From: Paecilomyces variotii
Lineage: Eukaryota
Length of the DNA stretch: 64,000 nucleotides
Assembly (NCBI GenBank): GCA_004022145.1
Contig: RCNU01000002.1
Strand: one strand, 5' to 3'
Part shown: positions 1 to 11,632 of the stretch, in pieces
Layout of the letters: each line of letters starts with the position of its first letter
Position numbering within the stretch: the first letter of the stretch is position 1
The notes under the pieces: model-generated
What the model saw: only the letters and a program-made list of their open reading frames with translations
Told to the model about the DNA's origin: nothing
Database searches by the model: none
Made by a program: the position numbers and the translations under genes

Positions 1-335
1 GTGTACGCTGAAGATTCCGAAATATTCTGTGCACCTTTGCTACAGTCGCTTTACGAGTCACTGCGGGACCGGTCGCGGGCCAACTCAAAACTGCAGACAG
101 CGTTTCACGCCTGCCAGCAGCTCGTCGGGCTCCAAGCGGCTCCAAAGACTTTGAGTTGTAGCAGCCGTCGTGTCCGTCGACTTCCAAACACACCCATCAC
201 GCGTGCTCGCCACCGTCTGGTGGATGGCCAGTCGACTGTTCGCGACAAGCTCCGCTCCAGCCCTCGTCTCGCCTTGACAACGGGCGATGGAGCGCCAATC
301 CTGGTTGGGTTGCTCAACCTCGACCTGAGCTCATC

Positions 336-3300
336 ATGGCTGATCAGTCGCGATTGCACACACGGTCGAGTTCCGCGGCCCCTCCTCCGCCTCCTCCCCC
401 GGCACCACCGCCGCAACAGGGCCAAAGGTATACCAACAGAGCCACGAGCGCGTTAGCTCGATTTGCTCAGCCATTTCTGTCTGGCTCGAGACCCCCGAGT
501 CCGTATAACACAAGTCGGGACGAACCTTCGCCCATTACACGCCCTGCGCGGGCCAGATCATTGTAAGGCTTCCCCGCCATGAGAAGAGCCGGCAGCTCCT
601 TGTTCATCAACGTCAATAGTGCAACACAGAGAAACTAATTGAAGACACAGGCCGGGTCTCTCGCAGACGATTATCCATAAGACGGGGCTTCCAGTCACTT
701 CGCTGGATATATCTCCCCAGAAGACACATGCCGTAATCGCTGGCCGGGAGATCCTGAAGACGATTCGCGTTTCCCCTGATGGGTGCTCGGAGGAGTTCGA
801 TCTCCGGAATGCAATTGTGAACTCGTCTGTTAATCAAAATTCTTCAGCGCTCTCCGCCAGGTACAAGGATCAGCTTTCCGTGAAGGACGTTAAGTGGTCT
901 CATGGCGAGTATGACAAGATTATTGCAACAGCAGTGGCCAATGGGCGCATTGTCGTCTACGACTTGCAGCGTCCGACTTTGGAACTTGCCCGCTTTCAAG
1001 GCCACAGTCGACAGGTTCATAAACTAGCTTTCAATCCTCATCTGCCCGCGTGGCTGCTTTCCGGCAGTCAGGATGCTACTATCCGTATGTGGGATCTGCG
1101 CATGGCGTCCGGAGAGCGCGGGGTAGCTACATGCAGCAGTAAGGAACGGTACAATGGGAACAGCGATGCTGTTCGCGACATCCGCTGGTCTCCCACCGAT
1201 GGGGTCATGTTCGCGACAGCCACAGACAGCGGAGCCATTCAACTCTGGGACGCACGCAAAGTAAATGCCCCTATGATGAAACTTGCTGCTCATGACAAAC
1301 CGTGTTTCTCGGTCGATTGGCATCCGGACGGGAAGCATTTGGTCAGTGGTGGAACTGATAAGCAGGTGAAAGTCTGGGACTTCTCGTCATCTGCAGAACG
1401 CAGACAGAAACCGACCTTTCAGTTCAGGACACCGCAGGCTGTGGTGAACGTAAGATGGCGCCCGCCGTATTGGACATCGGAATCTCAGGGTCCAGGTGAC
1501 TGGCAGTCCACTCAGCTGGTAACATCCTATGACAAGGAAGATCCACGTGTTCACCTTTGGGACCTTCGACGTCCGCATATTCCGTTCCGCGAATTTGATA
1601 GATATGGCACTTCAGCGGCCGATCTTCTGTGGCGCTCAAAGGACTTGCTATGGACCGTGGGAGAGGCCGGTGTTTTCACCCAAACTGATATTAGATATGC
1701 ACCACAGGTAGTCAGTCAGCGTCCAATGTGCTCCGTAGGCTGGAGTCCGAATGGGGAGGTGCTCACATTCGCTCAAAAGCGTCCGCGACGGCGCCCACTA
1801 GGTGTCGACACGGCGGAGTTCCTGGATATTCGAGAAGAGCACAGCAGTAGCGGTGAGAAGCTTACGAGCCAAAGTCTGACAGATGACAGCCTTGATGAAG
1901 CTGTAGTCACAGCTCCTATACGTAAGAGACACGGTGGAGCTGCTGGTAAAAGAGGATCGAAGTCGGTAAGCCATACTCCACCAACAGCAGATGATACCCC
2001 CGAGCTTCTGTCTCTGGAGAAGTCTTTATCAAGGAGCAAGGCCGTGGGGCCTTGTCAAATTGGGGTAGTTGGTCGTGTGCCTGGTGTCACGGTCAACCCG
2101 GAACTCTTTCGGTGCCTGGCCGAACACTACTCACCCCTGATAGAAGATCCTGATGATAGCCGGATGCATGAAAATGCCCTGGAGGCTTTGTTGAAGGCAT
2201 TTGATCACAATGCAGAACAAGCAGAAAATGTTTCTCTGCTAAAGCTCGCTCAGACATGGCGGATTGTGAAATATGCTGTCGTCCAGGAGCTCCAGCTGAG
2301 AGCACAGAGACAACAAAGGATACGGGAGCAAGGGAACAAAAATGCCCGCAAACGACAGTCAGCAGATGTGACAATCACTGACAAGACCCGTAAGCCTGAG
2401 GAAGGGCGATCTGATAAGTTGAAGAGTCGGTTATTCAAAGGCGTATTGGAGACGGGAGGCCACATGGGAGTTATCCCAGACGCCGAGAGCACGTCCAACA
2501 TGACCACCCCTCTTGCGCAACCACTGCCAGACTCACCACCTGGTAACCAAACCGGTTCAAGTCCACATCTTGTTCCATTGGAGGATGGGCTTGTGGATTT
2601 CCAGCCACTTCCACCATCCGTTATAAGTTCAAATTACGCTACTATGACTTCTAACGAACTTGCAATCTCCGATCTTGATGCCCAGTCAGGGACGCAGTTT
2701 GAGCCCCAACCATCAAAGTCCAGTGAAGATGTACAGATGTCTGCCAGCAGTGCACCAGCCAGTCAATTGCGTGACGCGTCTCTTCATGATATGGGCAGCG
2801 ATCAAAGATCAGCTCCTCGTGCCATCGCAGGTCGGGCTGATTGGCATCTACAAGGTTCCGGAGAGTATGGCAAAGGGGCATCTGAGGAAGACTATGACCA
2901 GAAGATTGAAGACAAAAGAGCAGCAATCCGCGATTACAAAATCGCACCCAAGAAGCTTCTCACGTATGAACCCCCTGCAGGTGACTTCAGCAAAGCAACT
3001 CAACCAGGTCAAGGCTCTGCGGATAGCTTCCCCATGTTCTCAGCTTCGACTGATAGTTCGCATCGTGCAAAGTCAATGGGAGGAGCGTCGTTCTCTCCAC
3101 AGCTGAGACCACGGCAGACGGAAAGTGGAGGGTGGGATACCGAAGACACCGAGGATCAAAGTGCTCGGGAACCAATAAATGAAGCACAGAGTGGCTCGGA
3201 AGTGGACTATCGTTCCGAACAAGACAAAGATGAACTTGCCCCGAACATGTCGTTCGATGAGTCAGTTTCTGATACCGATCGTGTCCACCTCGAGCGACCA

Positions 3301-4539
3301 TCAAGCCCACCCCCGCTGCGAGTAGAGTCGAATGGCGTGAGCGGCTTCGAGCTAGAAACATCAATCCACAGCACGGATACCACAACCGCAGCGAGAACAA
3401 CTGCATTGCCCTCAGCTTTACGAAGAACACATGACCTCGATCTGACGTCCATCCCCATGTCCCCAGAATTGACAGGGACCAAACCTTGGAGTGCTCAATC
3501 AATACTCAGAGAAACGATCCGATACTACCACAGCAGCACTCCAGTTGACGTCCAATCCGCAGCCCATCTACTCCATAAAATGCATGTCCTCTTCTATGCC
3601 TGCGAGGAGATTCTTCCCTACGAGGAACGTGAGCTGATCTTAAAGACCTACAACGAGCATCTTCTGCGGCAGTCCATGTATGTGGAAGCCGCTGAGCTTC
3701 GACTCATGTGCGTGCCAACGTATCCGGCTGTCTATGACTACTCTCAGTCCGATACTTTTATCAACGTGTACTGTTACACCTGCAAGAGGCCATACGAGAA
3801 TCCAAAGCGGGATAACCGTCGCTGCTATCGCTGTCAGACTCCCCAGGAGCCTTGTTCGATTTGCATGAGTCTTGATCCACCGCCAGAGTGGACGGTACCG
3901 CCTCCCGAGCCGCAGAATCCAGCTACAGGTGTTGACGATGATGATGGACGAACCGCTAGTTCCTTTGCTTCCGTCACGGAAGCCATACCTGCCTCTGAGT
4001 TCGAACAACTTGACCAAGCCGTTTCCGATTCATACACTCCTCCGCGGCCCTTTGGCTCTTCCTTATGGACCTGGTGTCAAGGGTGTGGCCATGGCGGACA
4101 TTTGGCCTGCATGACGACCTGGTTAAAGGATGTCTCTATCAGCGAAGGTGGCTGCGCCACTCCTGGCTGCCTACATGACTGTGGACCTGGTCCACGCCGT
4201 GAGGAAAACCGCGCCCAGCTCGAGGAGTCTAAGCGTCACTCTTCCGGGAGAAAGGGCAATGTCAGTTTCGCCAGACATGACTCTTGGACCACGAGTGAAA
4301 GTAAAGCGGTGCAAAATGTCCGCAGCATGCTAGGTGCCACCACTTCAACCAGCGGAGCAAGCGCCCTAACTGGCTCAACTTCAACGGGCGTGATGTCTCC
4401 GAAGAAAGTCAGGCTGGTCACACCACGTGAGCAGGGCAAACGTCGAAGTGGCACAGTAGGCAGCGGAAGCAGCGCCTTTGGCAGTAAAGATAGAGAGGGA
4501 TCTTCTGATCTACTGGCTCCGGTGTCGGAGTCACAATAA
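336..4539 (+). CDS. RTC1: WD40-repeat protein with C-terminal Cys/His zinc finger; Rtc1/Sea2/WDR24-like subunit of SEACAT/GATOR2
   Basis: ATG at 336. Intron 563-650 (GTAAGG...ACTAAT...CAG) joins in frame to the 817..4539 ORF. N-terminal WD40 repeats ([13 protein letters not shown]...[39 protein letters not shown]), low-complexity middle, C-terminal [12 protein letters not shown]...[11 protein letters not shown]. Confidence 0.85.
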
Positions 4540-4951
4540 CGGGCTCAAGGAGAGCCAGCGTGTGACTATTCTATTTCTCTCCCTGTGTTATTATTATACC
4601 CCTTTTTTCTCGGCTTGTCTTTTGAAACATTCTTGCATCGCGACTGGATTGGCGGCTGTGGTTGGTGCCTTGGGGTTGAGTTTGAATTACCTGCTGTTCT
4701 CTTGAGTCGATTGATACGACCTGATTCCCCAACCTTCGGCGCCGTCTTCGGAGGTGCCGGCATGCATATCCTCTAATTCTTCTAGTAGATAGATGTATGA
4801 AAGATTTGTGGTATCGAAGAGTTTATGGCTGTTGATTCTGGATAGCCAAAAACAAACAAAAGAAAGAAAGGGAAATATACGAGTTGCAATGCATGCACGC
4901 AGAGAAGATCCGAGACATTCCAGAACAGTAATAAAAAACTCAAAGGAGCTA

Positions 4952-6741
4952 TCAAAATTTCCTTTTCTTCTTCACGGGAGCTTTGCTCTTCGCCTCTAAC
5001 TCCCTCTTCAACTGCTCGCGCTTCTTATCTGCCTTCTCCTGCGCCGTCAGCTCGCGCTGCGGCTCCTTTTCCTGCTTTACGGCAGGCGGGGCTGCTGGGG
5101 AAGAAGACCGAGACAGAGCCCCAGCCTTGGGAGCGGCAGATACTCTATTTAGGTCATCTTCTGCCTCAGATGCTGTCGACTCAGCAGAAGACGCAGGAAC
5201 ATCATGCGCAGGCCGAGAAGGGATTGTCTTGTTACGGGCACCGCCACCGATCATTCCGAGTTTGCCGCGAGGTTTTAGTTTCTGGGGTGACGGGCTTGCT
5301 GAGCCAACATCTGTTGTTGCTGATGGAGCTCTGTTTTGGGATCTCTCTGGTGGAGGAGAAGGTGGGGTGGATGCTTTTGCTGCTTTCTTTCCACCTATCA
5401 CGCCCAGTCCGCGAGGACGGGGTTTGGGAGCTTGTGCTTCCTCTGCTCTTTGCGGTTTGAGGCTTGGTTGTGGTTCAGCATCTTCTTCGTCCTCTGATGC
5501 GGTCTCCTGATCGAGATCGGGTTCTGGGACAGGGGAACGGTGAACGGGCTCTGAGACTTCAGATGCAGTAGAAGATGGAGGGCGTGGAGGAGGCTCTCTC
5601 TTTGCTGGCTTTGGGCCCCCAATGACCCCCAGTCCTTTATGCTTCGGCTTTAGTACGGTCTTCTCAGGACTTAGGGATGGAGACACAGTAGGTGACTTGC
5701 TTAGTGCATTACTACGGGATATGGGACGCTCTTGCGGGTCTTCCTTTGCACGTTTTAGATGTGGAGGAGTCGCTTGGCGCTAGATATCATTTCAGTTTGG
5801 TGAGCCTCGAGGTCTGATGTAACGGAGTAAAGGGACACATGTTATACCTGAAACTCGTCATCGCTATTCTCGTCATGTTTTGTCTCTTTTCCCTTCTTTA
5901 AAGGCGCGGTATCAGCCTTAGATGTTTTCTTTTTCTCTCCTCGCGATTCTGGAGCCCGGCTTCCAACATTGACGTCTTCCCACCACGTATCTAGGGCCAG
6001 GTCAAGACTTTTCAAGTCTAAGGAGCCTGTAGTGTCCGAAAGCTCTTTAACCAATTTCGGAGCGAGTTCCGCGTCGACATTTCCCTTGCTGACTTCATTT
6101 TTCCAACCGTGTTCATCAAACGGTGCAACTCCTCTGATGAGCTTTTCTGCTTGTGCTCGCGTAGTACCTCTCTTTCCAGCACGTAGACCCGCTGTCCCAG
6201 GAAACACCGTGCTCAAATCAAGCCCGGAAGATTCGATCTTATCGAATATTTTCCCTATGACCCAGTCTTTTTCTTTCAGGTGGTCGAGCAAGGATCTCTG
6301 CTGTCTTTCGCGGTTGGCCTCCTCCCTCAGCAGTGGTAAGAGAAGCTCTCTTGTCAGACTCCTCTGCGGGCCGCGGGTCATGTATAAGGTCCATTGTAGC
6401 GCGTGTAAAGGGGCTGGCAGTTTCGTTTCCGTGATCAACTCTAATGAATTGCTCTTTGCCCCCGTTTTCAGGGTGAGGCTGCTCCCTTCAGCGCCACATA
6501 AGGCATCTTCTACTTTTTGCAAGAGAACCTTGAATTGTTCAGCATCTTCGCTGGGGTCGACACTAGTCTCCCCCTCTTCAGCTCTTTGTATAACCTGTTT
6601 GCGGTTGAGACGTTCCGTCCAGATATAGGTTAGGTCCGTTAGAAATATCTCATAGCCTTGAGAGCTAGAAATATATTTGAAGAGAAGTGGAGGCAAGTTG
6701 TCTTTTGCGGGCAGTGGTAGCTTCTGCCAGTTCTGAGGCAT
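4952..6741 (-). CDS. XLF/Cernunnos (Nej1/XRCC4-like) NHEJ factor with low-complexity tail
   Basis: Two ORFs joined in frame by intron 5780-5847 (GTATAA...TAG; EFQ|RQATPP). N-terminal Y-x-I-x-LTDL-x-x-IW-x-E-x-L head-domain pattern and LPAPL-x-x-L-x-W motif. Basic C-terminus KKKRKF. Confidence 0.75.
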
Positions 6742-7062
6742 TGCTACGATGGAAGTGAATAGAAGTAAATGTCTATCATGACGAGGAGAAAGCCCCTCCT
6801 TAATACCAGATGGTGTTTGTAACTGCCTAATAGCAGATTCGAAGTAGTGATAATACGACGTCCACTTAATTTAGTCTTGCCTCTGTTTGGATGATCACTG
6901 CACGGACCAACACAGGAAACTTTGCCGCCCGCTCCTAACATTACTTATGCTGTCATGGTTCTAGGCTCACCCGTCGTTTTCTTATTCGTCTATGCGAGAT
7001 ACTTCGACCGTTTCTACCTGAATAACTCCTTTACGGCGCGGTAGGAAGGACGAAAACACGCG

Positions 7063-8941
7063 ATGTCGACGCACATCCCAGATAGAACCGGTTCAAAGCG
7101 CAGCCGGTCTCGGTCGCCGCCGCCGTGGCGCCATCCGCAGAAGCTTCCCCGCAGAAACGATGAAAGAGATCACCAGTCGCGCAGCTATGGGAACCGAGGA
7201 GGAGGCCGGGGTACCAACATGAGAGAACAGTCTCGATTGAATCAACTCCAGGAAGATGAGCGGATGCGAGAATGGGTTGCGCAGGAGGATACTTTCGTCC
7301 TCAAGCAGGCGAAGAAGAAGGCAGAGATTCGAGTGAAAGAGGGACGCGCAAAACCCATCGACTGGCTCACTGTCACGTTGCGCGTTATAGATCCGACGAG
7401 AGATCCTTTGGATGACGAGATTGCGGATTCAGAGCTTGATTTGGTTCACCCCGATGGTGTGTTTGAGGGTCTGTCACAGACTCAACTTGGAGACCTGGAG
7501 AAAGATATCGATACCTTTTTGAACCTGGAGACAAACCCGAAGAATAGGGATTTCTGGAAGGTAAACCAAGCCCATCTCGGGTTAAAGCACCATGGATTGA
7601 TAAACTGACGTATTTGCAGACAATGAAGATCGTTTGTCGAGATCGCCAGAAAACCTCCGCTCCTGAAGGCCGCGCTCTTAACTCTGTCGCTGCCGATATC
7701 AACAAGCTTCTTAGTCCAAAGTCATACGAGCAATTGGAAGTGCTGGAAACCCAGGTGCGGCGGAAGCTCGACTCAAATGAACCAATCGATACCGATTATT
7801 GGGAGGAACTCCTGCGTAGCTTGACGGTGTGGAAGGCGAGAGCAAAAATAAAGAAGGTCTACCAGGCAGTCATATCAGGTCGTGTTCGTGCACTGCGTCA
7901 GCAGCAAAGAGAGGAAGCTGAGTCTGTCCGCACAAAGTTGGCCCCACTGGCTCCTGTCATTAGGACCGATGCTGCTGCAATGACCAATGTGGATGAGGAG
8001 AACATGGATCTTGACCCTGAGCCATTGTTGCAACTGCTACCAGAGGATAAGGCTCTCGGAATTTTGGACGAGGATGCTTTCCTTGATCAAGTGGTGAGTT
8101 CCAGTCCTTGCTGGTTTCCGATATAGATGGTTATTTACTGATTTTGACAGGCCCGTGATCGCGAGCGGATATTGAAGATGGGATTCGTCCCGCTCCGTCA
8201 AAGACTGTCAGAGAAGAGTTCTAACCAGGTAGTGACTCAAGCAAAGCAAACACCAGTTGCTGCTGTATCTACTCGTTTCTCTGCGATCCCGAACGACGAC
8301 TTCTCCCAGGCAACCAAAGCTCTTTATGAAAGGGAAGTGGCTCGAGGGGTCAGCGAGAATGAAGAAATCTTCACAGGGGAGGAGGCCGTCAGCACACTCT
8401 CGCTTCCAAAGTGGGCGAATAAATACCGTCCTCGGAAACCCAGGTACTTCAACCGCGTGCAGATGGGCTACGAATGGAACAAGTACAACCAGACTCACTA
8501 CGATCATGACAATCCTCCTCCGAAGGTCGTTCAGGGTTATAAGTTCAACATATTCTACCCCGACCTTATCGATAAGACCAAGGCCCCAACTTATCGCATA
8601 GAGCGTGAACACGGCAGGAAGCGCGGGCAGTCCTTTGTCCCTGCCGGGGAAGAGGATACTTGTTTGATTCGTTTCATTGCCGGGCCGCCGTACGAAGATA
8701 TCGCCTTCCGAATCGTGGACAAAGAATGGGATTATAGCGCCAAGAGAGAACGTGGCTTTAAGAGCAGTTTCGATAAGGTATGTACCACCAGAAGAATGTT
8801 GTTTGAGAGCATTAACTAATGTTGCCTTCGTCCAGGGAATCCTGCAACTGCATTTCCAGTTCAAGAAGGCAAGTTTCCTAGTCTATTTGATGCCATTCAC
8901 CAAGCTAATATTTGTCTCAACAGATCTACTACCGTAAATGA
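7063..8941 (+). CDS. Cactin (spliceosome-associated protein)
   Basis: Motifs FVLKQAKKKAEIRVKEGRAKPID and KYRPRKPRYFNRVQMGYEWNKYNQTHYDHDNPPPKVVQGYKFNIFYPDL...F-x-AGPPYEDIAF. Introns 7561-7619, 8094-8150, 8778-8835, 8869-8923 (last is GC-AG). Ends LHFQFKK|IYYRK*. Confidence 0.92.
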
Positions 8942-10087
8942 GCACTCGGCCTTTATATGGGAGCGCCTCGTTATTATGTCTCATAGATTGTTTCTTTTTA
9001 CGGGCACACTATTGGCGTTTCACTGGAAAATCTTTGGCCTGGATATTTTTGTTGATTCTCCAGATACCTTATTGTGCGGCTGGGATATGTCACCCGGTGC
9101 AGACCATCCTCCAGCGCATCACATAGTCTATGGGCTGCTCGGCTATGATATCGGTACCAGCAATGGAACCATTCGTATGAACCAATGGACCCTTTCCCGT
9201 TTTCTAGGCTGCGATTCATAGTACAGTGTATCTATCGATGGAAGAGATCTGCATTACTCTCACAATCGCGCGTCCGTTTAAAGGCAGTCTAGCCCGGGAA
9301 GGCCGTTGAGATCCGCGACAGGTCACTCCAGCTTGAGCTTCAGATTTTATGTGGCTCACAGGGACTATACTGCACGTCACTCCTGGGAAGGTATCAGATC
9401 GTCCCGGTGGCGAGGGGCCCCTAGCTCTTGCTAGCTCTTGATATTTGGATTAGTGCCAGGCCATAGCCTCACACCAAGTTAGGCAAGCTGATGGCTGTAA
9501 AGGGCGAATATGAGCCTTCCAGAAGGCTTCAGATGGTCTCCTGTCATCCCTTGGGGTTGACGCCCGGGGAGAGCGGAGAGAGACCATTGTTCGGTCACCT
9601 CCTGCAGCTGTCCGCACACCCCTCTGTCAGGTGTCAGCAACCTCCTTACCAGATCGTTTCTCTCGTAACTCACTGACCGCTCAGATACAATGATGCCAGC
9701 CTCTTGTAGCACCGGATCTAGCACCCTGGGCCGCATCAGTCGCCATTGGCTTCACCCAGGTCCAGCGGATTGCTGTTTCACAGGGCTTTCCGCCCTAAGC
9801 TGATGAAGAACCACAACATCGAAAGACACTCACCTATTTATCACCCACTTTCCCTTTTGTTTGCTTTAGACTAACCTGCACATATCTGGTTATTTGCAGT
9901 AACCATGTGCCTTATGAGCTGGCATGTCGCGTTGCAAGCCCTATTGATGGATTAGGCTCCATGAGCCCTTGTGACAACTATCTTCTTATTCTTTGCATTA
10001 TCTATGACCCGCAAATTCCTCCTTTTAGAAAGTCTCCTCAACGTACTTTTTCCTCCATAATCACGTCCCCTATCAACTCTTGACAAT

Positions 10088-11632
10088 ATGGCTATGCAGA
10101 GACATCCAGGACTCATTATCAGAGAGCCAGATCTTTCACTACGCAAAGGAGAAGTTATAGAGAGGGATGACGAAATGGACTATCCAGCCTCTTACAGTTT
10201 GCAGTACCAAGATGTACTAGAAACTGGAGGATATCCATTCCTGCAGACAACGTCCGCATCCTTAGTGCACTTGGGACAACCTCTGACCACAAGCGCATTA
10301 CGCGATTTTGATTTATATTCAACATCGCATACTTGGACAACACCTGATTTGGCCTCACAGCTACCAGAGCAGATATCGCTGCCCCTATTAGATGATGTCG
10401 ACTTCTGGCAATCAGGAGCAGTGCAGAGATCAGTGCTTGAATCACCAGGAGAGACCAATTTTCTAGCGACTGATGCATGCGGCGACTTCTCAAACAATGG
10501 AGACGGTTATATGAATTCCCCGTCTTCAACTCAGTCCTTTACGAACTCCCTAACTCGCCCTGAGCCATGTCTTCAAAGTTTCGACCGCCTCGATACCTTC
10601 CTCGATCAAGGATATTATCCAACATCAACCGACTTCATTCGGGATGAAAATAGCCACCTTGTCTTTCCGTCTGGGGCGAACAAGCGGCAGCGGGAACATG
10701 TTGTCGCTCCGACCTCGCCTGCTCTTTCGACCTCCTCTCATCTATCTGTTGAGTTACAGAGTGTTGCCGGACCCCTTACAGTGGCCTCACAGGGCGCCCG
10801 GGATGGTGACGATGTGGACGTTAGCTCTATTGATATGGATGACGATAGCGTCAATGAACCATATTCGGCTCTTATTTACAGAGCATTGATTTCGGCTCCG
10901 GGAAAGAAGTTACCGCTTCAAGGTATCTACAGTTGGTTTGAAAAGAATACATCCAAAGGGAAAGATCAGAAATGCAAGGGATGGCAGAATAGCATCCGTC
11001 ATAATCTATCGATGAATGCGGTAGGTGTCCCAGAACGATAGTGCATGTGATAGTACATTCGCTGATGCTCCCCACTATCACATCTACAGGGATTTGAAGC
11101 TATCAAAGAGGAGACGGCAGCTGGAAATAAGTCCGTTAACTACTGGAGACTGACAGAGGAGGCGATCAGATCCGGCCGCGTGGAATCGACTACCCGATAT
11201 AGAAAACAGGGAAATCACAAGAAGTCAATGAAGTCGGATCATCCTGCACCGCAACGCCAGCGCTCCGGGGCCAGAGGCGGGAGAGCTGCGAAGATATCTG
11301 CCAGGAGAAAACGTGCCAAGCAGGAAGAGCAAAAGATTGAACTATACCGCCATCCACAGAGTGGAGCAACCAACAGTCTCCAAGACCAAGGTGGCCACGC
11401 TGCTACTGGTCAATATTTCGCACATGCGGTAACCCCCATAACCCCGTTGGCAGCTTCATTCCCAGAAGTTTATGGCATGGAAAGTGTCATGGGTTGCACG
11501 GATGTCCCTCTGGACTCTCCTCTCTTCTACCAAGATTCTGAGCCTGGAGCAGACCACATTGCATTCAATACTGGATTCCCCGACTTGACCGAAATCTATG
11601 GAGTTTCTAATAACTTGATACAGAGTTTGTAA
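10088..11632 (+). CDS. Forkhead-box transcription factor (fungal FhpA-like class)
   Basis: PYSALIYRAL...LQGIYSWF...GWQNSIRHNLSMNA|GFEA...NYWRLTEEA. Intron 11021-11089 joins the two ORFs in frame. The start codon is less certain. Confidence 0.88.

Noticed and set aside
1-456. 151-aa ORF at the window start and its antisense partner
   Set aside because: No recognisable domain. It overlaps the promoter and first exon of the rtc1 gene in another frame.
4983-6628. Long + strand ORFs (175 aa and 219 aa)
   Set aside because: Antisense shadows of the XLF-like exons, with no independent coding signal.
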